A DNA stretch of 64,000 nt from Gemmatimonadales bacterium (lineage in GTDB: Bacteria; Gemmatimonadota; Gemmatimonadetes; Gemmatimonadales; GWC2-71-9), in assembly GCA_035517615.1 (NCBI GenBank), contig DATIYM010000007.1, positions 36,608 through 100,607 of the forward strand, written 5' to 3'. The notes beneath the pieces were generated by a model. That model was not told where the DNA came from. It saw only the letters and a list, made by a program, of their open reading frames with translations, and searched no databases. Numbering within the stretch: position 1 is the stretch's first letter; each line of letters begins with the position of its first letter. Made by a program: the position numbers and the translations under genes. Positions 1 to 8,634 of the stretch are shown one piece after another.

Positions 1-386
1 AACGCTCCCGCGACGATCTTGCTGACGCTCGGGCGCCACCCCGTCTCGTCGAAGAACCGCTCCATGATGTTTCGCAGCTCCTGCTCGACTTCGGGCCGGT
101 GTTCCAGGACCGCGAGGCAGACCGAGAGAAACGCGGTGTGCGCGCGGTTCAGCGCAGCGGCGTGATGGCGCACCCAGCGTCGCAGCGCGTGCTGGTAGCG
201 CTGGCCGTGCAGCGATCCCGCGATTATGACGCGGTCGTAGCGTTCGGGCCCCAGATCCCGGCCGGCATGACGCGCGTTCACGGCAGTAGCCTCCCAGTGC
301 TCGGAGGCAAACGTATCGGCGACGGCTTCGGCGATTTTCTGGGTGTGCCCGTCGGTGGTTCCATAGACGATCAACACGCGTGGCAT
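1..386 (-). CDS. Flavodoxin-domain protein (HemG-like), 3' end truncated by window edge
   Basis: Not in the ORF track because it runs off the edge. The reverse complement from ATG (cat at 384-386) reads MPRVLIVYGTTDGHTQKIAEAVAD...RYDRVIIAGSLHGQRYQHALRRWV, a flavodoxin-like/HemG-type N-terminus. The + strand ORF 99..449 is its antisense artefact. Confidence 0.6.
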   Translation of the reverse strand, partial: MPRVLIVYGTTDGHTQKIAEAVADTFASEHWEATAVNARHAGRDLGPERYDRVIIAGSLHGQRYQHALRRWVRHHAAALNRAHTAFLSVCLAVLEHRPEVEQELRNIMERFFDETGWRPSVSKIVAGA

Positions 387-616
387 GGCCGCTCCTTGGT
401 GTGCGCTTTGTACATATACGACTCTAGGGCAACCGTGCTTGACGCGTGATGAAATGCGTCTGAAGATTCGTGGTATAAGATTTTTGCTGAGTCTAAAGGT
501 TTCTTCATAGAAGCTTTGCCTGGTCTGGCGGTTGGGCGGGATACGCTATACGGCGTGTTTTCAGCCGGCGCGGCACTCGCGCTGGGTGTGCAGTCATACC
601 ATCACGGAGAGTCCGC

Positions 617-1762
617 ATGTACCTCCCCACGTCCCACCCGTGGGCGGAGGGCGAAACGCTGGGCGCGTATCTCGAAAAACGAGGCGTGACCCGGCGGGAC
701 TTCCTCGCTTTCTGCGCCCAGATGACCACCATCCTCGGGCTTGGCGAGCTGATGACGCCGCGCGTCGCCAGCGCTCTCGCCACGGTGAAGCGTCCCAGTG
801 TGATCTGGTTATCGCTGCAGGAGTGCACCGGTTGCACTGAGTCGGTGCTGCGTACCGAAGCGCCTTCGATCGGCAATCTGGTGCTCGATCTGATATCGCT
901 GGATTTCCAGGAAAACCTCATGGCGGCCGCGGGCCACGCCGCCGAAGGCGCGCTCGCTCAGGCGATGCAGAAGAACGCCGGCGACTATCTCCTGGTCGTC
1001 ACCGGCTCGGTGCCGCTCGCCGATGGTGGGATCTACACGACTATAGCCGGCCGGCCGGTCAAGGAAATTCTCGAGGAAGGCGCGAAGGGCGCCAAGGCGG
1101 TCATCGCCGTCGGGGCGTGCGCGCACTGGGGCAACATCCAGGCATCGCGGCCGAACCCCACCGGAGCCGTGGGCGTGAGCGACATCGTGAAGGACAAGCC
1201 GGTCGTCAACATCGCCGGATGTCCTCCGATTTCCGATGTCATCACGGCCACGATCGTCCACTATCTGACGTTCGGGAAGGTGCCGGCGCTCGATTACGAC
1301 GGGCGCCCGATGTTCGCGTACGGCGCGCGGATTCACGACCAATGTCCGCGGCGCGCGCACTTCGACGCCGGCCAGTTCGTGGAGGAGTTCGATGACGAAG
1401 CGGCCCGCAAGGGCTGGTGCCTGTATCACGTGGGCTGCAAAGGGCCGGCCACCTTCTCGCCCTGTCCCATCTTCATGTGGAATGCCGGGACGAGCTGGCC
1501 GATCGGCGCGGGGCATCCCTGCATTGGCTGCACCGAGCGGCATTTCTGGGATACGATGACGCCGTTCTATGGCCGCTTGCCGGACGTGGCCGGATTCGGC
1601 GTGGAGCGCTATGCCGACACGCTCGGCGCGGCGCTGGCGATCGGGGCGGCCGCGGGCGTGGCGGCGCATGCGGTGGCCACGGGCGTGCATCAGGTTCGCG
1701 AGCGCCGCCGCCTCCCCGTCGTCGAAGGGCAGGGAAAGGGGGACAGCCATGGCGGCCACTAG
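617..1762 (+). CDS. hupS: [NiFe] hydrogenase small subunit, Tat-exported, membrane-anchored
   Basis: 381 aa. Twin-arginine signal (GVTRRDFLAFC). FeS-cluster cysteine motifs QECTGCTES, GACAHWG, GCPP, HPCIGC. Hydrophobic C-terminal anchor. GGAGAG upstream of the ATG. Confidence 0.9.
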   Translation: MYLPTSHPWAEGETLGAYLEKRGVTRRDFLAFCAQMTTILGLGELMTPRVASALATVKRPSVIWLSLQECTGCTESVLRTEAPSIGNLVLDLISLDFQENLMAAAGHAAEGALAQAMQKNAGDYLLVVTGSVPLADGGIYTTIAGRPVKEILEEGAKGAKAVIAVGACAHWGNIQASRPNPTGAVGVSDIVKDKPVVNIAGCPPISDVITATIVHYLTFGKVPALDYDGRPMFAYGARIHDQCPRRAHFDAGQFVEEFDDEAARKGWCLYHVGCKGPATFSPCPIFMWNAGTSWPIGAGHPCIGCTERHFWDTMTPFYGRLPDVAGFGVERYADTLGAALAIGAAAGVAAHAVATGVHQVRERRRLPVVEGQGKGDSHGGH

Positions 1763-3464
1763 AGTCGTCGTCGATCCGATCACTCGGATCGAGGGGCACT
1801 TGCGGATCGAGGCGCAGGCCGAGAACGGGAAGATCACGAATGCCTGGGCCACGTCCACCCAGTTTCGCGGCATCGAGATCATCATGCAGGGGCGCGATCC
1901 CCGGGACGCGTGGGCGTTCACGCAGCGCATCTGTGGCGTCTGCACGGTGGTGCACGCGGTGGCCTCCTGCCGCGCGGTCGAGGACGCACTCGACATCAAG
2001 ATTCCGCCCAACGCGAACATCATTCGCAACCTGATTCACGGGATGCAGTTCGTGCAGGATCACGTGATGCACTTCTATCACCTGCACGCGCTCGACTGGG
2101 TGGACGTGGTGAGCGCGTTGTCCGCCAAGCCGTCGGAGACGGCGGCGATCGCGAAGTCGATTTCGCCCTGGCCGAACAATTCGGAGACGTACTTCGCCGA
2201 GGTACAGAACCGGCTGAAGACGTTCGTGGGATCAGGGCAGCTCGGGATTTTCGCGAACGGCTACTGGGGTCATCCGGCGTACAAACTGCCGCCCGCGGTC
2301 AACCTGCTCGCCGTCGCGCATTATCTCGAGGCGCTCGATTGGCAGCGCGACGTCATTCGGCTGCACACCATTTTCGGCGGCAAGAATCCGCATCCCAACT
2401 TCCTGGTGGGCGGGATGGCCTCGGCCATCAATCTCGAAGCGCGCGCGACCATCAACGCGGCGCGGCTCTCGGAGATCAACGACATGATCGCCCGCACGCA
2501 GCGGTTCGTGGAGCAGGTGTACTTCCCCGATCTGCTCGCGATTGCCGGCTTCTATAAGGAGTGGGCGGCGATCGGCGGTGGCACCGGCAACTACCTCGTG
2601 GCCGGGGAGTTTCCCGAAACCGACGTGCGCGATCTGAACTCCCTCTATTTCCCGCGCGGCATCATCCTCAACAAGGACCTGACCAAGGTCTGGCCGTACG
2701 ATCACAAGCAGGTGCAGGAGTACATCAACAGCTCGTGGTACGAGTACTCGAAGGGTGATGACGCGGGCCTGCACCCGTGGGAAGGCGAAACGAAGGCGAA
2801 GTACACCGGACCGAAGACGCCGTGGACCTATCTCCAGGATGAAAAGAAATACACCTGGATGAAAGCGCCCCGCTACGAAGGGCACGCCATGGAAGTCGGT
2901 CCGCTGGCGCGCATGCTCGTGGCCTACGCCTCGGGACATGAAGACGTGCGGGCGCTCATCAAGGAGCTGATGGATCGTTTGCAAGTGGGCCCTGCCGCGC
3001 TGTTTTCGACACTGGGCCGGACGGCGGCTCGCGGCATCGAGACGGTGTTGATCTCGCGCCGCCTGTCGCACTGGTACACCCAGCTCGTCAACCGCATCAA
3101 GGGTGGCGACACGCAGACGTTCAATCAGGCGAAATGGGATCCCTCCAAGTGGCCGGCGACGGCGCAGGGGTACGGCTTTCTCGACGCGCCTCGCGGCGCG
3201 CTCGGCCACTGGGTACAGATCGACAGCGGCAAGATCTCGCGCTATCAGTGCGTGGTACCGAGCACGTGGAACTGCTCACCGCGCGACGCGAAAGGGCAGC
3301 CGGGCCCCTACGAGGCGGCGCTCATGGATCACCATCCGCTCGTCAAGCCGGATCAGCCGATCGAGATTCTCCGGACGATTCACTCGTTCGATCCGTGCAT
3401 GGCGTGCGGAGTGCACGTGCTCGACGCGACCGGGAACCTCGTCACGTCGGTGAAAGTCCAATGA
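1749..3464 (+). CDS. hupL: [NiFe] hydrogenase large subunit
   Basis: ATG at 1749 gives MAATRVVVDPITRIEGHLRIE and overlaps the small-subunit stop. N-terminal RICGVC and C-terminal DPCMACGVH nickel-ligand motifs, followed by a short C-terminal tail for protease cleavage. The track start at 1569 is an upstream in-frame extension. Confidence 0.92.
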   Translation: MAATRVVVDPITRIEGHLRIEAQAENGKITNAWATSTQFRGIEIIMQGRDPRDAWAFTQRICGVCTVVHAVASCRAVEDALDIKIPPNANIIRNLIHGMQFVQDHVMHFYHLHALDWVDVVSALSAKPSETAAIAKSISPWPNNSETYFAEVQNRLKTFVGSGQLGIFANGYWGHPAYKLPPAVNLLAVAHYLEALDWQRDVIRLHTIFGGKNPHPNFLVGGMASAINLEARATINAARLSEINDMIARTQRFVEQVYFPDLLAIAGFYKEWAAIGGGTGNYLVAGEFPETDVRDLNSLYFPRGIILNKDLTKVWPYDHKQVQEYINSSWYEYSKGDDAGLHPWEGETKAKYTGPKTPWTYLQDEKKYTWMKAPRYEGHAMEVGPLARMLVAYASGHEDVRALIKELMDRLQVGPAALFSTLGRTAARGIETVLISRRLSHWYTQLVNRIKGGDTQTFNQAKWDPSKWPATAQGYGFLDAPRGALGHWVQIDSGKISRYQCVVPSTWNCSPRDAKGQPGPYEAALMDHHPLVKPDQPIEILRTIHSFDPCMACGVHVLDATGNLVTSVKVQ

Positions 3465-4210
3465 GCACGACACGGCATGAAGCCGAGCCGCCCGGCGGGT
3501 TCGCACGCCGGGTTGGCCCCGCGTCGGGGAATTACCGCTGGGTGTATCTGTGGGAGTGGCCGATCCGCGCGATGCACTGGGCGGCCGTGGCGTCGATCGT
3601 CACGCTCGTCGCGACCGGCTTCTACATCGGCGCGCCGTATTTCATGACGAGCGGCGAGGCGAGCAGCCACTTCCTCATGGGCCGGATACGGTTCCTGCAC
3701 TTTGCCGCGGCCGGAGTGCTCGTCGCCACGGCGATTGTCCGTGTGTATTGGCTCATCGCCGGGAATCAGTTCGAGCGCTGGCGCGCCCTGTTCCCCATCC
3801 GCAAGCAGGATTGGATCAACCTGTTCAAGCAGATCAAGTTCTACCTGATGATCCGGCCCGAAGACGCGCCTCAATACCTCGGGCACAATCCGCTGCAGCA
3901 GCTCAGTTACACCGGCCTTTACCTCGTCGCCGGTATCATGGTGGTCACAGGGTTCGCCATGTACGGGCAGTCGCATCCGGGCGGCCTGTGGTACAACTTG
4001 TTCGGCTGGGTGGTCCCGTTTCTGGGCGGCATCCAGATCGTGCACTTCGTGCATCACGTCCTGACCTGGGTGTTTCTCATTTTCCTGCCCGTGCATTTGT
4101 ACCTCGCGCTCCGGGCCGACATTCTCGAGCGTACGGGAACGATCTCGTCGATCATCAGCGGCGGTCGATTCGTGAAGGCGGACGTGGAGTATGTCGATCA
4201 GCCGAAATGA
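3461..4210 (+). CDS. hupC: Ni/Fe-hydrogenase b-type cytochrome subunit
   Basis: ATGA overlap with the large-subunit stop. MSTTRHEAEPP..., polytopic membrane protein with conserved His residues (HWAAV, HFAAA, HFVHHVLTW), typical of HyaC/HupC. Confidence 0.8.
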   Translation: MSTTRHEAEPPGGFARRVGPASGNYRWVYLWEWPIRAMHWAAVASIVTLVATGFYIGAPYFMTSGEASSHFLMGRIRFLHFAAAGVLVATAIVRVYWLIAGNQFERWRALFPIRKQDWINLFKQIKFYLMIRPEDAPQYLGHNPLQQLSYTGLYLVAGIMVVTGFAMYGQSHPGGLWYNLFGWVVPFLGGIQIVHFVHHVLTWVFLIFLPVHLYLALRADILERTGTISSIISGGRFVKADVEYVDQPK

Positions 4211-4712
4211 CGTGAGACGCGGGACTGTGGTGATCGGTCTCGGCAATCCGATCATGGGGGACGATGGGATCGGCATCGCGGCGCTCGAGCGGCTCCGCGA
4301 CACTTGGGATGTCCCGGACGACGTCGAGCTGGTGGACGGGGGTACGTGGGGGCTCACCCTGCTGCCGATCATCGAAGACGCGGGCGCGGTGCTGCTGATC
4401 GACGCGATCGATACTGGGTCAGCCCCGGGGACCGACGCGGTCATCCTCCGCGATCAGCTTCCCAAACACCTCGCGACCAAAGTCTCGCCGCATCAAGTCG
4501 ATCTCCAAGACGTGCTCGCACTGGCGGAATTGCGAGGCACGCTACCCGACCGTACCGTGGCCATTGGCCTGCAGCCCGCGATCGTGGAGATGACGAGCGG
4601 GTTGAGCGACGCGCTCCGCGCGCGGGTCGATCACTTGGTGCTGCTGGTCGTGGGGATGCTCGAGAGCTGGGGACACCGGTGCACAGCGAAGCCGGAGCCC
4701 GCGCGTGCATGA
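4191..4712 (+). CDS. hupD: Hydrogenase maturation endopeptidase (HyaD/HupD/HybD family)
   Basis: VVIGLGNPIMGDDGIGIAAL N-terminal motif and DGGTWG. The start could also be the in-frame GTG at 4212, immediately after the cytochrome b stop. Confidence 0.85.
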   Translation: MSISRNDVRRGTVVIGLGNPIMGDDGIGIAALERLRDTWDVPDDVELVDGGTWGLTLLPIIEDAGAVLLIDAIDTGSAPGTDAVILRDQLPKHLATKVSPHQVDLQDVLALAELRGTLPDRTVAIGLQPAIVEMTSGLSDALRARVDHLVLLVVGMLESWGHRCTAKPEPARA

Positions 4713-4956
4713 AATGAGTATCGCCCTCGAGGTCTGCCGGATCGCCGAGACGCAGGCGCCCCCGGAGCAGGTCGTACGGGTGGGTGTCGAAGTCGGCGAC
4801 GACGCCGGGGTCGAGGTGTCGAATCTCGAATTTTGTCTCGAGGCGTTGCTCAACGAGCCGCCGTTCGCGGGGGCGACGCCCCTGATCAGCCGAGTCCCGG
4901 GAGACGTGCTGCGCGTGAGCTACCTGGATGTGGACGATGGCCGTCCGGACGATTGA
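4705..4956 (+). CDS. hypA: HypA-like nickel insertion protein, short form lacking the zinc-ribbon cysteines
   Basis: GTG start gives the canonical MHEMS nickel-binding N-terminus. Only 83 aa, with no CxxC...CxxC motifs. Lies between the protease gene and hypB with overlaps on both sides. Confidence 0.7.
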   Translation: MHEMSIALEVCRIAETQAPPEQVVRVGVEVGDDAGVEVSNLEFCLEALLNEPPFAGATPLISRVPGDVLRVSYLDVDDGRPDD

Positions 4957-5602
4957 AGTCCGGGAGCGAGTGCTCGCGAAGAACGACGAGCTCGCCGAGG
5001 ATGTGCGGCGGCGGCTTGGCGAAGCTCGGGTGCGCTCGTTCAATCTCGTGTCCTCGCCCGGGTCGGGAAAAACGACCCTGCTCGAGCGAACGCTGGCCGC
5101 CCTGGGGGACGAGATCGGGATCGCAGTCATCACGGGCGACGTGCAGACGCAAAACGACGCCGACCGGCTCGCGCGGCACACCGACCGTCTGGTGCAGGCG
5201 GTCATCACGAATGGCGCGTGTCATCTCGATGCGCGTCAGGTGGCGACGGCGCTCGAGGCGATCGATCTCTCCGCGATCGAGCTGCTGTTCATCGAGAACG
5301 TCGGGAACCTCGTTTGTCCCGCGGCCTGGGACCTGGGGGAGGACGCCAAGATCGTGATCCTTTCGGTGACCGAAGGAGAGGATAAGCCGCTCAAATACCC
5401 GAGCATGTTTCAGCAGGCACGCTACGCTGTGCTCAATAAGATGGATTTGCTGCCGTACGCGCCCTTCGACGTGAAGCAGGCGGTCGGCTTCGCCCGGCAG
5501 GTAAACCCGGAACTCGAGTTCTTCTATACGTCGGCCCTGGCTCCGAACGGCATGGACGAGTGGTTCGGCTTCCTAAGGTCGCAGGTGCGAGGCATGTTCT
5601 AG
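4928..5602 (+). CDS. hypB: Hydrogenase nickel incorporation GTPase HypB
   Basis: P-loop SSPGSGKTTLLE, ENVGNLVCPA and NKMDL GTPase motifs. No His-rich or CxxCGC N-terminus. Confidence 0.9.
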   Translation: MWTMAVRTIEVRERVLAKNDELAEDVRRRLGEARVRSFNLVSSPGSGKTTLLERTLAALGDEIGIAVITGDVQTQNDADRLARHTDRLVQAVITNGACHLDARQVATALEAIDLSAIELLFIENVGNLVCPAAWDLGEDAKIVILSVTEGEDKPLKYPSMFQQARYAVLNKMDLLPYAPFDVKQAVGFARQVNPELEFFYTSALAPNGMDEWFGFLRSQVRGMF

Positions 5603-5604
5603 CC

Positions 5605-5901
5605 ATGTGCCTCGGCGTACCGGGAAAGGTCGTTGCGGTGAACGGGCAGCTCGCCACAGTGGATTTCTGGGGCGTGCGCCGCGAGACGCGGCTCGACGTG
5701 ATCGATGAGCCGGTCGGTCCCGGCGATTACATCCTGAATCATGTCGGATTCGCGATCCGGAAGATTCCCGCCGCGGATATCCAGGAGACGCTCGCGCTGT
5801 ACGAGCTGCTGCTGAAAGAGGCCGAAGGCGACATGATGGCGAGCGACATCCGCGGTGAAATCAGCGCAGCCCGCGAGCGGGGCGAGGGATCCAATGCTTG
5901 A
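5605..5901 (+). CDS. hypC: Hydrogenase assembly chaperone HypC/HupF
   Basis: MCLGVPGKVV N-terminus with the essential Cys2, from ATG at 5605. The track ORF begins upstream at 5560. Confidence 0.88.
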   Translation: MCLGVPGKVVAVNGQLATVDFWGVRRETRLDVIDEPVGPGDYILNHVGFAIRKIPAADIQETLALYELLLKEAEGDMMASDIRGEISAARERGEGSNA

Positions 5902-7030
5902 GACGCTGCGGACGACCGAAGCGGCCGGCCAGCTCCGGTTTCGTGACCCCGCAAAGGCAAAGGAGCTGGCGCAGGCGCTCGACAAGGTCACGGCCGACGT
6001 GGGGCGCGCGCCCGTGTCGGTCATGCACGTGTGCGGCAGCCACGAGCAATCGATCGCCAAATTCGGCCTGCGCTCGATTCTGCCGAAGACGTTGAATGTG
6101 ATCATGGGGCCGGGCTGCCCGGTGTGCGTCACCGACGTCCCCGAGGTGGATGAAGCCGTCGTGCTCGCACAGGACGGCCTCCGGATCGCGACCTACGGCG
6201 ACATGCTGAAAGTGCCGGGGACGGCGCTGTCGCTCGCGGACGCCCAGTCCCATGGCGCGCACATCGACGTCGTCTACAGCGCAGCCGAAGCCGTGGAGCT
6301 GGCGCGTGACACCACGGACGAGGTGGTGTTCTTCGCGAGCGGTTTCGAGACCACGGCCGTCGCGACGGCGGCAGTCGTGCTGGCCGAACCACCGGCGAAC
6401 TTCTCGGTGCTTTCGGCGCACAAGTACATCCCGCCGGTCATGGAGATCGTGGCCGAGATGCCGGGAACGAAAGTGGAAGGCTTCCTTGCGGCCGGGCATG
6501 CGGCCACGATTACCGGGTCGGCGATCTTCGACCGGTTTGTCGACCGTCATCACATTCCGGTCGTGGTCGCCGGATTCGAGCCGCTCGACATTCTCGCCGG
6601 GCTCGTGAAGCTCGTGGAGCTGGTTCGCGACGGAACGCCGCGGGTGGAGAACATGTACCCGCGCTGCGTGACACCGCTTGGCAATCGCAACGCGCAGCAG
6701 CAATTGTGGCGCGTGTTCCGTACGGTGGGCGGGATGTGGCGCGGGATCGCGCACGTGCCGAACGGGAACCTCAGGCTGCGTGATGAGTTCGCGCGCGTGG
6801 ACACGCGGAAGAAGTTCCGGATCGACGTGAAGCGGCTTTGGAACAATGCGCCGTCTACGCTCACGCAACTGTGCATGTGCGGAGACATCATGGCGGGAAT
6901 CGCATCGCCCTCGCATTGCTCGCTGTTCGGCAAGGAATGCACACCCGACAATCCGGTGGGCGCGTGCATGGTGTCGAGCGAGGGGACGTGCCGGATCTGG
7001 CACCAGTACGGAGGCCATCCGGACCTGTGA
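5894..7030 (+). CDS. hypD: Hydrogenase formation protein HypD
   Basis: Motifs CGSHE, GPGCPVC, GFETT and PVGACMVSSEGTC. ATG at 5894 overlaps the hypC stop. Confidence 0.9.
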   Translation: MLETLRTTEAAGQLRFRDPAKAKELAQALDKVTADVGRAPVSVMHVCGSHEQSIAKFGLRSILPKTLNVIMGPGCPVCVTDVPEVDEAVVLAQDGLRIATYGDMLKVPGTALSLADAQSHGAHIDVVYSAAEAVELARDTTDEVVFFASGFETTAVATAAVVLAEPPANFSVLSAHKYIPPVMEIVAEMPGTKVEGFLAAGHAATITGSAIFDRFVDRHHIPVVVAGFEPLDILAGLVKLVELVRDGTPRVENMYPRCVTPLGNRNAQQQLWRVFRTVGGMWRGIAHVPNGNLRLRDEFARVDTRKKFRIDVKRLWNNAPSTLTQLCMCGDIMAGIASPSHCSLFGKECTPDNPVGACMVSSEGTCRIWHQYGGHPDL

Positions 7031-8088
7031 GCGTCACGCTGAAGCCTGGGACGTCGGGCCTGATCGGTCGTGACGAGATTGTGACGCTGAAGCACGGCGC
7101 CGGCGGCCGGGCCATGCGTACACTGATTCAAGAAACGCTGGCGGCCGGATTTCTCGACGCGCCGGCTTCGGGCATTGGGCTCGCGGCCATGGACGACGGC
7201 GCGGCGCTCAAGCTGGGCGACCGCTGGCTGGTGGTGACCACCGACTCGCACGTGGTGCATCCCGTGTTTTTCCCGGGCGGCGACATTGGCAGGCTGGCGA
7301 TCGCGGGAACGGTGAATGACCTGGCCATGATGGGCGCCACCGAGCCCGCGGGCCTCACCTGCGCGGTCATTCTGGAAGAAGGCTTCCGGCGCTCCGACCT
7401 GGAGCGGATTCAGCGCTCGATGCTCGACACGTGCCGGGAAGCGGGCGTGACCGTGATCACCGGCGACACGAAGGTGATGGGACGTGGTGAGCTCGACGGC
7501 ATCGTCATCAACACGACCGGCGTGGCGCTCACGGATCGCGTGGTTCCGGACTCCGGGCTGCTCCCGGGTGATCGGATCATCGTCACGGGGACAATCGGCG
7601 ATCACGGCATCGCGCTGATGGCGCGGCGCCACGCGATCGCTTTCGACGCGCCGCTCGAGTCCGATGTCGCGCCGATCAACGCGCTGATCCGGGCCGCGCT
7701 TGCGGCCGCACCGGGCGAGGTCACCGCGATGAAAGACCCGACGCGCGGCGGCGTGGCCAGCGCGCTGCACGAGATGGCCGAGAAGAGTGGTGTGGAGATC
7801 GTGATCGAGGAGCCCGCGGTACCCGTGCATCCGGTGGTCCGCTCGGCGGCGGAGATGTTGGGCCTCGATCCGTTCCACATCGCGAACGAGGGCAAGGCAC
7901 TCATCGGCGTCCGTCCCGCTTCCGCGGAGCGCGTGCTCGCGGCCCTGCGAGCGCATCCACGGGGCAGCGAAGCCGCGATCATCGGGACCGTGTCGGATGC
8001 TCACGCGGGCCGGGTCGTGCTCGATACCGGGCTGGGACGGCGACTGCTGGCCGAGCCGGAAGGAGAACCGCTTCCGCGGATCTGCTGA
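7027..8088 (+). CDS. hypE: Hydrogenase expression/formation protein HypE
   Basis: GTGA overlap with the hypD stop. TLKHGAGG N-terminal motif, AIR-synthase-like body, and the C-terminal PRIC cysteine motif. Confidence 0.88.
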   Translation: MSVTLKPGTSGLIGRDEIVTLKHGAGGRAMRTLIQETLAAGFLDAPASGIGLAAMDDGAALKLGDRWLVVTTDSHVVHPVFFPGGDIGRLAIAGTVNDLAMMGATEPAGLTCAVILEEGFRRSDLERIQRSMLDTCREAGVTVITGDTKVMGRGELDGIVINTTGVALTDRVVPDSGLLPGDRIIVTGTIGDHGIALMARRHAIAFDAPLESDVAPINALIRAALAAAPGEVTAMKDPTRGGVASALHEMAEKSGVEIVIEEPAVPVHPVVRSAAEMLGLDPFHIANEGKALIGVRPASAERVLAALRAHPRGSEAAIIGTVSDAHAGRVVLDTGLGRRLLAEPEGEPLPRIC

Positions 8089-8109
8089 CGGGTGGTGAGG
8101 AGGCAGCGA

Positions 8110-8634
8110 ATGATCGAGCAAGCGACCAAGCCGGTGTCCCGCGAGCCCCACCTCGTCGAGCGTCCGTCGCAAACGATGGCGGTCATCTACACGCAGGGAG
8201 AGCCGCGCAGTTCGGCCGATCGGGCGTTACCGGCGCTCTACTCTGCCGTCTATCACCTTCGGTCCGTGCTCAAGCGGGAAGGGCGGGCATTCAAGATCGA
8301 TCACCTGCGGGCCCGGTGGCCCGACGCGCACCGCGTGCCCCGTGAGCGCTGGACGGCGATCTGGGGATTGCCGATACCTGCCGACGTGAAGGAGATCATC
8401 GCGCGGAAGGCGGGGTTTTCCGTGCTGCGCGAAGTGTGGGACTACGGACTCGTCGCGGAGATCCTGCACGTGGGGCCGTATGCGAGCGAAGGAGACAGCG
8501 TGCGGGCCCTGCACGCGTTCATCGCCGAGCAGGGGTACGAGACGTCCGGACCGCATGAGGAGGAATACCTCACGGCGCGCCGCGCGCGGACGCAGCAGAC
8601 CCTCATCCGGTATCCGATTCGCCCCAAACCGTGA
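8110..8634 (+). CDS. GyrI-like small-molecule-binding domain protein
   Basis: GAGGAGG RBS precedes ATG 8110. About 175 aa, with ...VAEILHVGPYASEGDSVRALHAFIAEQGYE..GPHEEEYL, typical of GyrI-like/effector-binding domains. Confidence 0.55.
   Translation: MIEQATKPVSREPHLVERPSQTMAVIYTQGEPRSSADRALPALYSAVYHLRSVLKREGRAFKIDHLRARWPDAHRVPRERWTAIWGLPIPADVKEIIARKAGFSVLREVWDYGLVAEILHVGPYASEGDSVRALHAFIAEQGYETSGPHEEEYLTARRARTQQTLIRYPIRPKP

Noticed and set aside
99-449. 116-aa plus-strand ORF at the left edge
   Set aside because: The opposite strand encodes a clear flavodoxin-like protein (MPRVLIVYGTTDGHTQKIAE...), and the plus-strand ORF is its antisense shadow.
471-487. Sigma-54-like TGG...TTGC element (TGGTATAAGATTTTTGC) upstream of the hydrogenase operon
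   Set aside because: The spacing between the GG and GC dinucleotides is two nucleotides longer than the strict -24/-12 spacing, and no enhancer-binding protein gene is nearby. It is more likely just an AT-rich promoter region containing TATAAG.
1569-1748. Upstream in-frame extension of the hydrogenase large subunit. Analogous extensions occur for ORFs 3134, 5560, 5855, 6838, 26511, 27422, 33689, 38053, 42705, 51235, 51819, 54532, 59889 and 62246
   Set aside because: The extensions overlap the preceding genes and are compositionally biased. In each case an internal start with an RBS or a stop/start overlap reproduces the canonical family N-terminus.
809-2029. 406-aa minus-strand ORF antisense to the hydrogenase subunit genes. 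Similar long antisense or alternate-frame ORFs occur at 6550..8172, 11310..12755, 28235..29269, 38452..39663, 59934..61016 and 62384..63928
   Set aside because: Their translations are Arg/Pro/Gly/His-rich and low in complexity, with no motifs. They lie opposite genes with strong family signatures. This is typical of stop-codon-poor antisense frames in high-GC DNA.
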